DNA of 64,000 nucleotides, from positions 1,330-65,329 of the forward strand of contig NW_021824850.1 in NCBI RefSeq assembly GCF_006345805.1. The letters run 5' to 3'. Shown here one piece after another: positions 26,402 through 38,842 of this stretch. Numbering within the stretch: position 1 is the first letter of the stretch; the number at the start of each line of letters is the position of its first letter. Source of the stretch: Octopus sinensis. Its lineage: Eukaryota. The position numbers and the translations under genes are program-made. A model generated the notes under the pieces. The model was not told where the DNA came from. It saw nothing but the letters and a program-made list of their open reading frames with translations, and made no database searches.

Positions 26402-27247
26402 GCAGTTAGACACATCATTATATACATATATGGAAACAAAACTAACATGTGTGCGTGTATCTCAATGTGTATGCGCAACCGACTCCATGTTTGTGTGTAC
26501 GTGTGCCTTTGCGTGTACATGTGGTGCAGAAGTATATAACCACACACACACACACCACACACACGCGCACACACACACACACGGCGTGTATGTCGTGGAA
26601 TAACTACGTTGCATGATGGCAAGTTGGACTGCTTAATGAGTTCGTTCATTAATAATGAAAACGTTGAGCGGAGATATATAACTATTTGTTGAAGCACGAA
26701 CACGGCTCCGCCGAACTGCGGCCGTAGACTAATATTTCAACAAAAGGTGGAAATTATTCAGAAACTCTTGGAATATGATTTGTGTCTGTCATGTTTATCT
26801 GGGAATAAATTCAGTGTAATTAGCAATTACTGTCCTAGACTGTAATAATCTACTTTTTGACCTTAACTATTTCCTTTGTAGAGTGAGTCGCAGCGGCTGG
26901 CTAGTTTTGCTTCTCTTTTTATACACTTCATCGCATTTATTTTATTTCCGTTTTCTTCTTAACTAGCAAATTTCTTTGTGCGTGCCTATCTCTGTTATGC
27001 GCAATGAACTCTCTCTCTCTCTCTCTCAATCGCTCAGTTCATCAAACTGAAACATGAGCATTGTATAGTTCTATATTTAAGTGATGAGGAATTATGTACA
27101 TTATTTACATTTTTTACATTATTTACATTTGACGGATATTTGTACTCATCTTGTTTGTTGTTAATACAAGGTTTTGGCTGATGTACCCTCCAGGAATGCC
27201 TGCTGATTGTCTTTTTTCCTTTTTTATTTTAAATAACACGCACCAAA

Positions 27248-28011
27248 TATGGATTCAGGACATCCGTATACCGCAAGCCGACCTTTACTGGACGATACCT
27301 CAACTTCAATTCCCACCATCCATACTGTGTAAAGAGAAGGATTGCTCAGTGCCTAAAAAATCGTGCAATGAATATAAGTAGCAATCGTGATACCCACCAC
27401 GAAGAAATGATCAAGCTCAATAACGATCTCTTAAGCAACAACTGCTCCAAAAATATACTATCCACTCCAATTATGAAGAAGAGAGAGGATTAGGCCGATA
27501 AACTGTCCACAGTCTGTCTATCCTATGTGAGAGGCCACTCCGAAAAGTTACAAAGTATATGTGACCCATATGACATCCGGACAGTATTCAAGAGTAATAC
27601 AACACTTCGCAAACATCTCCTTCGAATAAAACCAATAGAAGAGAATATGACCAAATACTGCATGTACTCCATCCCATGCAGCTGTGGAAGTTATACAAAG
27701 GCGAAACATGCCGCCCACTCAGAATAAGGGTAGACAAATATCACAAAGCTGTGACATGAGGAGATATTGATAAATCGGCTATAGCTGATCATGTATGGAA
27801 AAATGGAGACCACTTCCCCCTGTGGGATGAAGTTAAAATAATAGACAGAGAACACCACTGGAAAATACGAAAACTAAAAGAAGCAGCACATATGCTAGAA
27901 CACAACAACCTCCTAAGCAGACCGAGTGCAATTATGAGCAGCATATGGGAACCGGTATTAAGGAAGGATAGGAAAATTTTAGATTTATATGCTCTAAAAT
28001 TTACTCCATAA
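27248..28011 (+). pseudogene. PLE reverse transcriptase thumb plus GIY-YIG endonuclease relic
   Basis: FRTSVYRKPTFTGRYLNFNSHHP (PLE RT C-terminus), then MYSIPCSCG/YKGETCRPLRIRV...SAIADHVW...KIIDREHHWKIRKLKEAAHM (GIY-YIG). One stop and one frameshift. Confidence 0.92.
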
Positions 28012-28019
28012 TTGCCCAC

Positions 28020-28086
28020 GGGCATATGGCATAATGGTTAAGAGCGCGGGCTATTAAGATTCCGACTTCGATTCCAGGCAGTGACC
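28020..28086 (+). other. tRNA-like Pol III head inside the PLE 3' region, followed by (AAT)n (28088-28170)
   Basis: A-box-like tggcataatggtta (28027-28040) and B-box-like acttcgattcc (28065-28075). No complete cloverleaf or CCA. Confidence 0.65.
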
Positions 28087-28088
28087 TA

Positions 28089-28171
<83 letters not shown>

Positions 28172-28193
28172 CCCAGGTTCGAAATTTCCGCGA

Positions 28194-28239
28194 GACACCT
28201 GATGTAGGCTGGAGGTTATATCAGCCGAAACGTTGTGTT
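28194..28239 (+). ncRNA. Minimal type I hammerhead ribozyme motif in the PLE 3' pseudo-LTR (one core mismatch)
   Basis: gacac|ctgatgt|a|ggctg-gaggttatat-cagcc|gaaa|c|gtt|gtgtt gives a 5-bp stem I, a 5-bp stem II, ACGU palindromic stem III and a GUU site. PLE pseudo-LTRs are known to carry such motifs. Confidence 0.75.
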
Positions 28240-29139
28240 AACAACAAAGAAGGTGATGATGAATATCCATCGAATATAAATAATGTAAAAAATGTAAATA
28301 ATATGAGCATTGAACATTTACAGAGTCGTTGTTGCTGTTTAGCCCTCTGTTAGTCGTAACTTTAAAGACATCAGCAATGCATAATTCTAGTAGGCGGACT
28401 GCCCCCGTTGTCATCATTTAAAAATTGTTGTTCTTTTCGTTGTTGTTTTATCCCGTTCATCTCATCTCTTTTGTTGCATCTATGATTACATTCTCACTTT
28501 TATGATGCTGGATACATGAATGATATATATCTGGCGAGTGAAAATACCTCATAGATACATTCTCTTCGTTATCTCCAGTAGAGTGCAACAAATCTAGCAT
28601 TTTTTCCGTTAGATTGAAAAGGTAAGCTCGTAATTTCTTATTGGCAAATTTCGTAGTTTAGACCAGTGGAATTCCCCAATAAAAATGTGTTTACCAATCG
28701 ATCAACTATTAACGCCGAGAAATATTTGCATAAAACGTTAATCGATCTCTACGTGAAAATACGTGTATATTGCAGTCGTATGAGATATAGAAAATACATA
28801 CCAGCTGAATCAAATAGTGAATAATCTCTCTTATTGTTCCATTAAGATTTGCTTTCTGTTTTTATAAAATCACAGAACCCAGCTTCATGAGAAAGTAGCA
28901 AAATGCAATATATAACAGTTAGCGAAAATGCCAAAGATGCTGACTTTGACATGTACAGAGGCCAGTAGTCAAAGTAAAAGTATTTGTTAGTGATGACCGC
29001 GTAATATGTTTTATTTTATGGGCTACCCAATATAGAAACAAAAACGCCGAGAACAGAACGGAAAACTCAAACGGAAAACTGTTTTCTGGGTTTTTGAAGA
29101 ACAGTAACGCGCTCACGTATGTTTATACTTCTATCTGTT

Positions 29140-29568
29140 TCTTTATTTTATGTTTCAGTATATAGGATGCGGCTATGCTGGAACACTGCCTTGAAAATAT
29201 TTAATCAACGAATCCACGTCAGTAATTATTTTTTAACCCTGGTACTTATACTATTAGTCGCTTTTATCAAACCACTGCTAGGTTACAAGGACTTAAACAC
29301 ACCGATACCAGTTGTCAAATGATGGTGAGGGACAAACACACACACACACACACACGTGCGCGCGCACACGCACGCACACACACACACACATGTATATGTA
29401 TATATGATGGGCTCCTTTGTTTTCCGTCTACCAAATTCACTCATAAGGCTTTAGGCTACCCGAGGCTACAGTAGAAGATACCTGTCCAAGGTGTCATATT
29501 GTGGGACTGAACCCGAAACCATCTAGCTGGGATGGAAGTTTCTTACCAAACGGCCGTGCCTGAGCCTA
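29140..29568 (-). mobile_element. SINE family C, degraded
   Basis: ccgtctaccaaattcactcataaggc...ccgaggctacagtagaagatacctgtccaaggtg...gggactgaacccgaaacc, with internal (CA)n. Confidence 0.85.
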
Positions 29569-29585
29569 ATATACACAATAAATTC

Positions 29586-29629
<44 letters not shown>

Positions 29630-30221
29630 ATATATAAATATATTTGCGTGGGAGGGACATATCTATCCTTGTGTGTCTAATATTATACCTGCATATATGT
29701 GTGTGGTTACCGATTTGGTATTCGTAGGTGGTGAAGTGGAACGACATAAAAATGTATGCATTCTACGTTACAGTAATGGCATTCACAGCCCATCATGTGT
29801 GTTTACATATTTCAAATAAATTTTCCTACCAGGATTGAAAGGTTTACTCACATCCCAGTGCACTCAAACGTGTTGAATATGCCTTTGCGTGAACACATTT
29901 CACTTAATGCTGCTTCGCGTGACATTATATATCAAATTGTAGTTCAACCAAGATTTAGGTATTTTACCATATAAAACATCTGCTGTTTGGATAAGAATAC
30001 TTTCGTTCTTACGGAATGATGACGCCAGGTTTGGTATTCATAGCTGACTAAATGAAATAATCCAGAAATGCATGCATCTCATGATTCAAGGAGGTTATTC
30101 AGAGCCCATCTTGTGTTTTCACACATGTCTAAGAGGAGACTTTTTCTCGGGATTTTCTTATCTTCGCAGTGGAAAATCTCACGTCCTAGTGCACTCGAAC
30201 ATGTTGTGCATGACTGTGAGT

Positions 30222-30512
30222 GTGAAACGGCTTAGTGGTTAGGGGGCATTCGGCTCATGATCGTAAGGTCATGAGTTCAATTTCCGGCGGTGCGTTGTGT
30301 CCTTGAGCAAGACACTTTATTTCAAGTTGCTCAAGTCCATTCAGCTGGCAAAAATGAGTGGTACCTGTCATACTCAGTGTCACGCTGAATCTCCCCGAGA
30401 ACTACGTTAAGGATACACGTGTCAGTGGAGTGCTCAGCTACCTGCTCGTTAATTTCACGAGCAAGCTGTTCCATTGATCGTATCAGCTGGGACCCTCGTC
30501 GTCGCAACCGAC
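30222..30512 (+). mobile_element. tRNA-derived SINE family A
   Basis: A-box ggcttagtggttag, B-box gagttcaatttcc and body gtgtccttgagcaagacactttatttca...ccctcgtcgtcgcaaccgac. Homologous to 63129-63447. Confidence 0.9.
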
Positions 30513-30524
30513 TGATTGCTCCTG

Positions 30525-30569
<45 letters not shown>

Positions 30570-31887
30570 CAAAATAAGCAACACGGATATCCAGAGGTAA
30601 TGCAGTACGATCGTTTCATGCGACACCATACACTCCATTTTTAATTATATGGATAATACCATACTAAATTCTGGTGCCTTTAACTTAAGTACCACATTCA
30701 ACTGAATCTAAATGTTACTGAACCTATATATACATATTAAATATACCAAAAAGTGCAGATACAAAGGGTATACATACATTTATACACACACGCGTGCACA
30801 CAGACACACATATAAATAAGAGACAGAGAGGATGAAAATGTGACGGCTTGAGCAACTGGATCCTTGTTGAAGCCTCATTATAATAGCTTCTATGTTATGT
30901 ATTATCATCGGATAATACCTTCTCCATTAGTATTCTTACGTCACGAAGCATTGAGTGAAAGCCCGTGTAATCGCCCAGTCTTGGAAAGATAATGACCAAA
31001 TATTCTTCAAATTACGCTCTACTTTTAATCTCTCATATACAAATCCGATCCAGAAGTACAGATAATGATCCTCTTCGTAAATTTATGAATTTCGATATAG
31101 TTGAGTTCTGTACGTCTCTAATTAGATTCTCTCTTCAAATATCTTTAGAATTCAGTTGAGGTTTTATTCCAATTAGTGATTCGGATATTAAAATCATTAT
31201 GCATATGGTGAAATCTTTGAAAATTATGATTATTCTTTTGGGAGTAAATGTAATGACCAGAAATTCTTTGATGTAGTCATCGGATCAAATGAAGGCACTG
31301 GAATTTGCTAATTAATAGGATTCTACGTATTAGACTTATTTCTCCGTGGATTTAGGATTTTACTGAGATCAACGATTACTTATTTTGGGAAGTAGATAAC
31401 GTTAGGTGCTTTCATAAAAGAATTCATTAACATATACAAAATACAACAGTGAAAGATCGCAGGAGATACGAAACTAAGCATATATCATTTCTTTGATAGT
31501 ACGAGATTTATACATTGGTAGGTATTGGTCTTGTAGTGAATGAAACGTAAGGTTGTTGAATATTAATGTAAATTGCAACTACTCCCAGTAGTTCTGAACT
31601 CGTAGTTAATAACATAATTAAGCGCATATCAAACTGATCATTTGATGAGAAATATTTTGATTGTGTTGCTCATTATTACAATAACGAATTATTAGGCAGT
31701 AGCTTCAAAGCTATAATACATTCTGTACACAACAATACCAAAATATGATAAACGCCAAGGTAGAAAAAAGCAAACGATAACTGTTTCAATGTTGCCGGCT
31801 GAACAGATGCTTTGATCAAATTATTTTTGGTGGAAACGCTATCACGTTCCAATGTTGACTGTATCATTCGAAAATATATATGTATCT

Positions 31888-32184
31888 ATCACCGTGATCA
31901 CTGTGACCGACCAGGCTAGCAGATGTCGCTACACATCGCTGGTCATAATGCGCTTCGCATTGTTTCAGCCTTCAAATGACGCCACCCCGCTGGCTAAGCG
32001 AGCAGGCCAACAAAAGAGTGTAGCGAAAGAGTACAGCAGGGATCGCCATCACCCCCTGCCGGAGTCTCGTGGGGCTTCAGGTGTTTTCGTTCAATAAACA
32101 CTCACAACGTCCGGTGTGGGAACCGAAACGGCGATTCTACGACCGCGAGTCTGCTGCACTAACCACTGGGCCATTGCGCCTCCA
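31888..32184 (-). mobile_element. tRNA-derived SINE family B, full length
   Basis: Near-colinear with 14539-14846. Confidence 0.92.
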
Positions 32185-32345
32185 TATATATATATATATA
32201 TATATTATGTGAAATAGAAAGATGAATAATCTTGTAGTAGATTAATCAAAAGTTTAACCGATACCTTAGTAGCAAAAATCCCAGCAGTAAACAGCACGGT
32301 TGGAGGTACAACCATATGGTGTTGCAACCGTGCGTTGGTGCGGAT

Positions 32346-32388
<43 letters not shown>

Positions 32389-32451
32389 CACACAGACTCA
32401 CACAAACACGCACACACACGCGCGCGCACACACACACACGCGCGCGCACAC

Positions 32452-32533
<82 letters not shown>

Positions 32534-33603
32534 ATATATTGCAGCGCTTGTTGTCTGCTTTACTTATTTAAATAATCGGTATCGTGAAACACAGTTATAA
32601 TTCAAGAAGTCTCACTCTCCTTTTCAAATGTATATACTCCATTTTACTTTACAGTTACTTTTCTTTACACGGTTCTAAATGCGAACGTTTCCCTGAATCT
32701 CTCCCATCATCTGCATCTCTCTATATAAAAAGGTAATAATAATTTGATAGCATAAATACTATATACATAATATAATACGTCAAATATATATAAGGATAAT
32801 ATATAAGTGATACAACCCATGTAATATGCATACCATACATATTACGTATATATTTATATATTATTACATATTCATATGTAATATATATAAATATGCAATA
32901 TATATATGCTTATATGATTATATATGTAAAGGACATATTTGTGTGGTAGGCATACATGCATACCCCCCCCCCACACACATAAAAGGCATAACACTAGCTA
33001 TGTACAGTATCGATTTATTATTTATTACCTGATTTCGACAAAACAAATTATCATACCGTAGTCAAATTTTCACAAAATTAATAATGTGAATGATGCAAAC
33101 TCAAAAAGTTCACTATTCAATTCCAGCATTAAATTTTTGGCATTGTATCACCGAGAAGAAGCGTGATAATGTATAGACAGACATATTTGTAAAATATTAT
33201 TCCTCGTGTTATGATTGTGCGTCAAAAATATAACATATTTTTGACTTCAGTTGCTAAGATCAGAACGCAATATAGATTCATTGATTCGCATGCTAAAACC
33301 CTTGATTTTTTTGCGTTTTTATTATTTGTTTAGTTTCCGGTAACGTCACTTTACGCAGAACTTGATAAAATCAGTACCAGACAAAATATTTCAGTCACGA
33401 TCCACAATGAAAAACATAGAAGGCATAGCCCCAAGAATGAAAACTATTAAAACTATATAAGAATTATACAATTCCAAATATGTTCACATATATGTGTATG
33501 TCCGCGTTCACGCCGACATGTATATATGTTTAGTAGGTACATTTGATACGTTTATATATTTGTGGTGCAAGATTTTTTATGTGAAGTCGTGTGTTGAAAC
33601 AGA

Positions 33604-33845
33604 TATTGTTGTATTTCGAAATGGTCATTTTGCAAGTTTAGCTAATAAAAACACACGCACTATATGTTTGATGCTACTTTGCTTCAGTGTTATTTATTTA
33701 TTAATTTTTAAATTTTTTTTACATTAATCTTAATTAAGATTAATGTAAAAAATAAATAACACTGAAGCAAAGTAACATCAAATATATAGTGCGTGTGTAT
33801 TTATTGGCTAAACTGGCAAAATGACCATTCCGAAATACAACAATA
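33604..33845. repeat. Spacer-less palindrome (fold-back) with ~110-130-bp arms
   Basis: Centre acattaatcttaa|ttaagattaatgt at 33733|33734. The outer tattgttgtatttcgaaatggtcattttgc pairs with gcaaaatgaccattccgaaatacaacaata. Confidence 0.92.
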
Positions 33846-34378
33846 GGTACATTTGAATTTTACATTTAATAACACTTCTATCCTCCATGCGTCATACACA
33901 TCTACACATTAATAAAAACTTATTCTCACAAGGGTGGGAGAGATCCTTTTCTAAGTCTAAAAATACAAACCTGACGAAGTGTCATCATTACATCCCTATG
34001 CCCACGTACAATTCTGATATATACATCAAAACCATATTTTAATACCGTCTTACAACTGAAATATCTGCAATGAACTTATCGTCGGTTAGGTTGTGCGTCT
34101 GTTTTCTCAAATGGCATCCTGTTTGTTATCAAATTGGTGAAAGTAACTAGGAAATGTGAAAGGTACAGAGAAAAACCCAACAAAAATGTATATGTTTATC
34201 GCTCTTTATACAACACAACTTTTGTCTTAGTTCTTTCGCTACGTTTTTTGTATTTTTTATCAAAATTTCTTTCGAGATTCCCACTAAACAATTTGTCTGT
34301 GTTCTATCTTTATTTTGGGTGATGTATGGTTTATATCAGCTTACAAGTATTTACTTAGCATCATCTATGCAGTCTTAC

Positions 34379-34423
34379 CTCCCCCTGCTCCTGTTCTTTT
34401 GCGTTACTTGAGATTTTCGGCCT
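34379..34423 (-). CDS. Weak candidate 45-nt exon
   Basis: The minus strand reads tatacacag|aggccg...gggggag|gtaaga: strong donor, weak acceptor, and frame RPKISSNAKEQEQGE is open. Confidence 0.22.
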
Positions 34424-34469
34424 CTGTGTATACATATACGTAATTGTATGTGTAAGTATGAATGTAAGC

Positions 34470-34532
<63 letters not shown>

Positions 34533-35162
34533 CATACACATACACACATGCATGCAAACTTGTATATGGTTAAATATGCATATGCCTGTACGCATGTATG
34601 TATATATATACATATATATATATTTACACACAAGTAAACAGATACATTCATATATAAATATACATACACACACACACACATATATATATACGTACAAATA
34701 TGTGTGTATATATACATGTATGTACGTACACATATATGTATATATATACATACATATATATAATATATATATATATATACACATATACATATAAACGTAT
34801 ACATATACACACACATAAAGTTACCCCCACACACAAAAGCATGCGCGTACACGCACGTACACGCACACACACATGTATGTTTTAAACACACGATGTTTGT
34901 TTTTTGCTTCATGCCCAATCCGTTCTATAATTATCTCTGGTCATTAGATGTATTATATATCTTTGTAAACACACAATTTCTTAGCTGGCACAAAAAAACA
35001 AACAAACAAACAAAAAATACCCCAAGTAAAAACATTTGAAAGATCAACAAAAATTTTAAAAACCAAACACGAACAACAAGCTACTTTATTTTATCAGTTC
35101 GTTTTGGTTTTATGATTTGATTTTTGATTTACTTTGGTGGCCTTGTAGCCAATAGCACATAA

Positions 35163-35256
35163 AATTATCATTATCATCATTATTATTATTATTATCATCA
35201 TCATTATCATTATTATTATTATTATCATCATCATCATTATTATTATTATTATCATA

Positions 35257-35314
<58 letters not shown>

Positions 35315-35432
35315 TTATTATTGTTACCATTATCATTATTATTATTGTTACCATTATCATTATTATTATATATTATTATTATTATTGTTACCATTATCAT
35401 TATTATTATTGTTACCATTATCATTATTATTA

Positions 35433-35465
<33 letters not shown>

Positions 35466-35512
35466 CGTTGTTGTTGTTGCTATCGTTATTGTTGCTGTTG
35501 TTATCATTATTA
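35163..35512. repeat. (ATT)n/(ATC)n microsatellite with a higher-order ttgttaccattatcatt unit
   Basis: Directly visible. The unit recurs at about 35321, 35345, 35384 and 35408. Confidence 0.9.
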
Positions 35513-35944
35513 TTTTTGTCTGGCAATCGGAATCGTATCTTGAATTTGGCAGTGGGCGAAGTTAATGAAATTATAACTTTTAAGAAGTCATAAAATTTCA
35601 GTTTGGTAAACAAACGTAGAGTACGTGATAAATGTGGTCGCTGGACATAAACAAAGTTTAGATCTTAAAAGGTTGAGAAGGGCAGGAATATTTTTTTTAA
35701 ATGCAAAAGAACAAATTTACAAAAAACACAAACTGACAAAAAAAATTACGAAGACAAAAGGCAAAATAATCAAATATATCATTCCACCCCCACTCCACCC
35801 TTGATGGAGTGTTACATTTTAATACTAAAATTGATTTCTTAGATTGGCACAAGGCCACATTTTGGTGAAGGATATAGTTGATTCTATCGATTCTAATATT
35901 TGTTCGCGATTGTACTTTGTCGACACCGGAAGGGCAAAAAGGCA

Positions 35945-36320
35945 AAATTTGACTTCTGTGAAATTGGAACTCACCCTTTTGAAAGTAAATCCTTTAAGTT
36001 TGCTTTTTGTATTTGGTTTTGAAAATTCTGTAAATTCGTGTGTTGGAGCATATTGTGTATTATCCTGGGAGGGCTATTATGCCAATATTAAACACAAGAC
36101 CTGGTTCTGTTTTACTTGTCGATTCCGGAAGCGTAAAAAGTAAATTTCGATTTCTGTGATATTGGAACTCACCCTTTTAAAGTAAATCCTTTAAATAAGT
36201 TTGTTTTTTGTATTTGACTTTGAAAATACTGTAAATTCTTGTGTTGGAGCATATTTTGTATTATCTTGGAAGGGGTATTATGCCAATACTAAACACAAGA
36301 CCTGGTTCTGTTTTACTTCT
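35945..36320. repeat. Diverged tandem duplication, period ~198 bp
   Basis: ttctgtga(a/t)attggaactcacccttt...aaacacaagacctggttctgttttactt occurs twice. Confidence 0.92.
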
Positions 36321-36477
36321 TCATATTTTTGCTTGTCAGTTATTTAACCATTTAGCCAATTGGTTAATCGATTGTTTGATTAATAATTCGGCCAATCAGT
36401 CAATGTGCTAGGTTTGTCAAAGTTCTTTCGCCGCTATTCACGACCTCATTCGTGGCATGCTATCTCTACTCTGTCTG

Positions 36478-36575
36478 TCTGGATGTATGTGTCTCGTAGT
36501 TTACAGGTTATATATATATATATATATATTTTATATATATATATATTATATATATATATATATATATAGATATAT

Positions 36576-36609
<34 letters not shown>

Positions 36610-36707
36610 ATATATATAATCGAATTGGCTGTGTCATTAGAGCGATGGATAAACTGCTTTGCGATGTATGTGGATGTATGGATGTATGTGTCTCGTAGTT
36701 TACAGGT

Positions 36708-36747
<40 letters not shown>

Positions 36748-36810
36748 ATTATATATATATATATAATCGAATTGGCTGTGTCATTAGAGCGATGGATAAA
36801 CTGCTTTGCG
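36478..36810. repeat. Near-identical tandem duplication spanning a (TA)n tract
   Basis: tggatgtatgtgtctcgtagtttacaggtta-(TA)n-atcgaattggctgtgtcattagagcgatggataaactgctttgcgat occurs twice. Confidence 0.92.
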
Positions 36811-37620
36811 ATATTTGTTCCGGTGTTTTAAAGTTCTGAGTTCAAATCCTACCGAAGTCAATTTCCTATTCACCTCTGTGGGGCAGAAAGTGAATTACCA
36901 ATTCAGTATTGCAAAGCGGCTGAACGTTAGAGCACCAGGCAAGAGGCTAGTCCTTGCGTTCTGATGCAATACCTGAAATGACATTGGTCTCAAACTGCAT
37001 GGAGCTTTACCTTGCTTACGATTCCAGGACAATTAGTCTTCTAAGATACTATACAATCTTTCTTCCGCGTAAATGCATGACCACGTTTGACCTCTCAGCA
37101 TTGCCAGGAAATATGGTGTTATTGATTGATGATAAATCTTTCAGGGGCATGTTATTCTAAATACTGAATAAAATAACTTTTTACTTTCATGTTAATGAAA
37201 AGAGCTACTGGAAGCGCTAACCATATTTCATGCTTAGTTTAAATATAATTTATCTGTAGCCTTCGGAAACTAATGGGACCGATATGGTGGGGGTTAAGGT
37301 CGCAGGTGTGATTGGGCGACACCTGTAGAAAAGTTTTTTTTAGAGATTTACATGGGATTTACATGTATTTTTTTAATAGAGATTTACATGAGATTTACAT
37401 GTGATATATAAATCAAAGTTTTGGGTAGTAAGGGGATTAGATAAAGTTATTTTGTAAAGAGGGCTTTCACAAATATATAGGATATCGAATGTGCAGGGAC
37501 TGGTGGTATTAACCAGTCCATTTTTGACGAGTAACTGTTGTACTTGAAGTAGGCCATGTAAGATGACAAAAATAGTAGAAACAGATCATTGTCTGTAAGT
37601 CAATATTTACTATAGTTAAG

Positions 37621-37828
37621 GCAGTAAGCGAGCAGAACGTTAGCACGCCGAACAAAATACTTAGCGGAATCTCGTCCGTCTTTACGTCCGTATTTCCGCC
37701 CAGGGTGGAATTTGTCTATCATTCGTTTGGGCTCGTTGAAATAAATATCAGTTGAGTACTGAGGCCGACGTAATCGACATACACCTCCCACAAAATTGCT
37801 GGCCTTGTGCCAAAATTTGAAATCAATA
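37621..37828 (+). mobile_element. SINE family D variant, degraded
   Basis: gcagaacgttagcacgccg...gacgtaatcgac...aaaattgctggccttgtgccaaaatttg. Confidence 0.75.
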
Positions 37829-38144
37829 GTTGCTATTGTTGTTCATTTTTATCCCTCGGTCAACAATGAATCATCAAATTCATTCGATCCGTAACTATTC
37901 TGTTTTGGTGTTCTATTTTAAAGATGAAATTGCAAATTGAGTGAGACTTTGCTCTTATTTCTAACTAATCGAACGAACGTGAAGAATGATCTTTGTGAGG
38001 TAGTGGCAGTAACGTACTGGTGAGTGAGTCAGCTATGCACCGACTGAGCAGACCTATGATCAAAGGTATTTCAAATATCACCAGCTCGCCTTTTCAAAGA
38101 GTAACTAGAACTATATCACCTCACGTGTCTTTTCGTAATTTCAG

Positions 38145-38346
38145 ACAGTATAGGGTCTCCTAAGATCTCTTCGTTGGCTTGTTCGAGTACCAGATTGCAA
38201 ACATATACAGAAGAAAATGAATCAACGAACTTCCAGTCGGGTGAATACAGAAACATCGTATCAAACCAGCCAGTTACAACTATATATATCTCTATCATGA
38301 TAAAGAAAATTACTACTGACACGGCACCAGGAAGGCAAGTAGATTG
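38145..38346 (+). CDS. Candidate 202-nt coding exon
   Basis: tcttttcgtaatttcag|...gtagattg|gtaagt, with 66 uninterrupted codons: SIGSPKISSLACSSTRLQTYTEENESTNFQSGEYRNIVSNQPVTTIYISIMIKKITTDTAPGRQVD. No family recognised. Confidence 0.3.
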
Positions 38347-38698
38347 GTAAGTTGTCAGATGTAAAAATCAAAGAAATGATTTAGCCGGCACTAACAAATA
38401 ATGAAGTAGTTTTATTGTAGGTGGAGAGGTGAACATCTAATTGACTAAACTGTTTGTTTAGCTCGTTAGACAGATTAGTAACTGAATCACTAATGTTAAT
38501 GTAGATGGTTTGATGCTAATATATAAGTTTGTATTAGAAGATACGCACATTCATTCACATACGCATCAAAAGTATTCTCACGGACATACACACACAAACA
38601 CACATGTATACATACGCACGCACCGCACACGAACACAAGCACATATATGTACACAGACACACACACACACACACGAGATATATGTATATATATGCGTG

Positions 38699-38739
<41 letters not shown>

Positions 38740-38810
38740 CTATATATATATATGTATATATATATATGTATATATATGTATATATATATGTATATATATA
38801 TACATATATG

Positions 38811-38842
<32 letters not shown>

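Larger units (their letters stand above)
27064..28302 (+). mobile_element. 5'-truncated Penelope-like element with inverted pseudo-LTRs and a 10-bp TSD
   Basis: Direct repeat atgagcattg at 27054-27063 and 28303-28312. 27090-27195 is the reverse complement of 28205-28302. An RT/GIY-YIG relic lies inside. Confidence 0.9.

Noticed and set aside
28579-28621. 43-nt plus-strand exon candidate (ECNKSSIFSVRLK)
   Set aside because: Good splice signals, but too short to distinguish from chance, and phases do not chain with the 38145 candidate.
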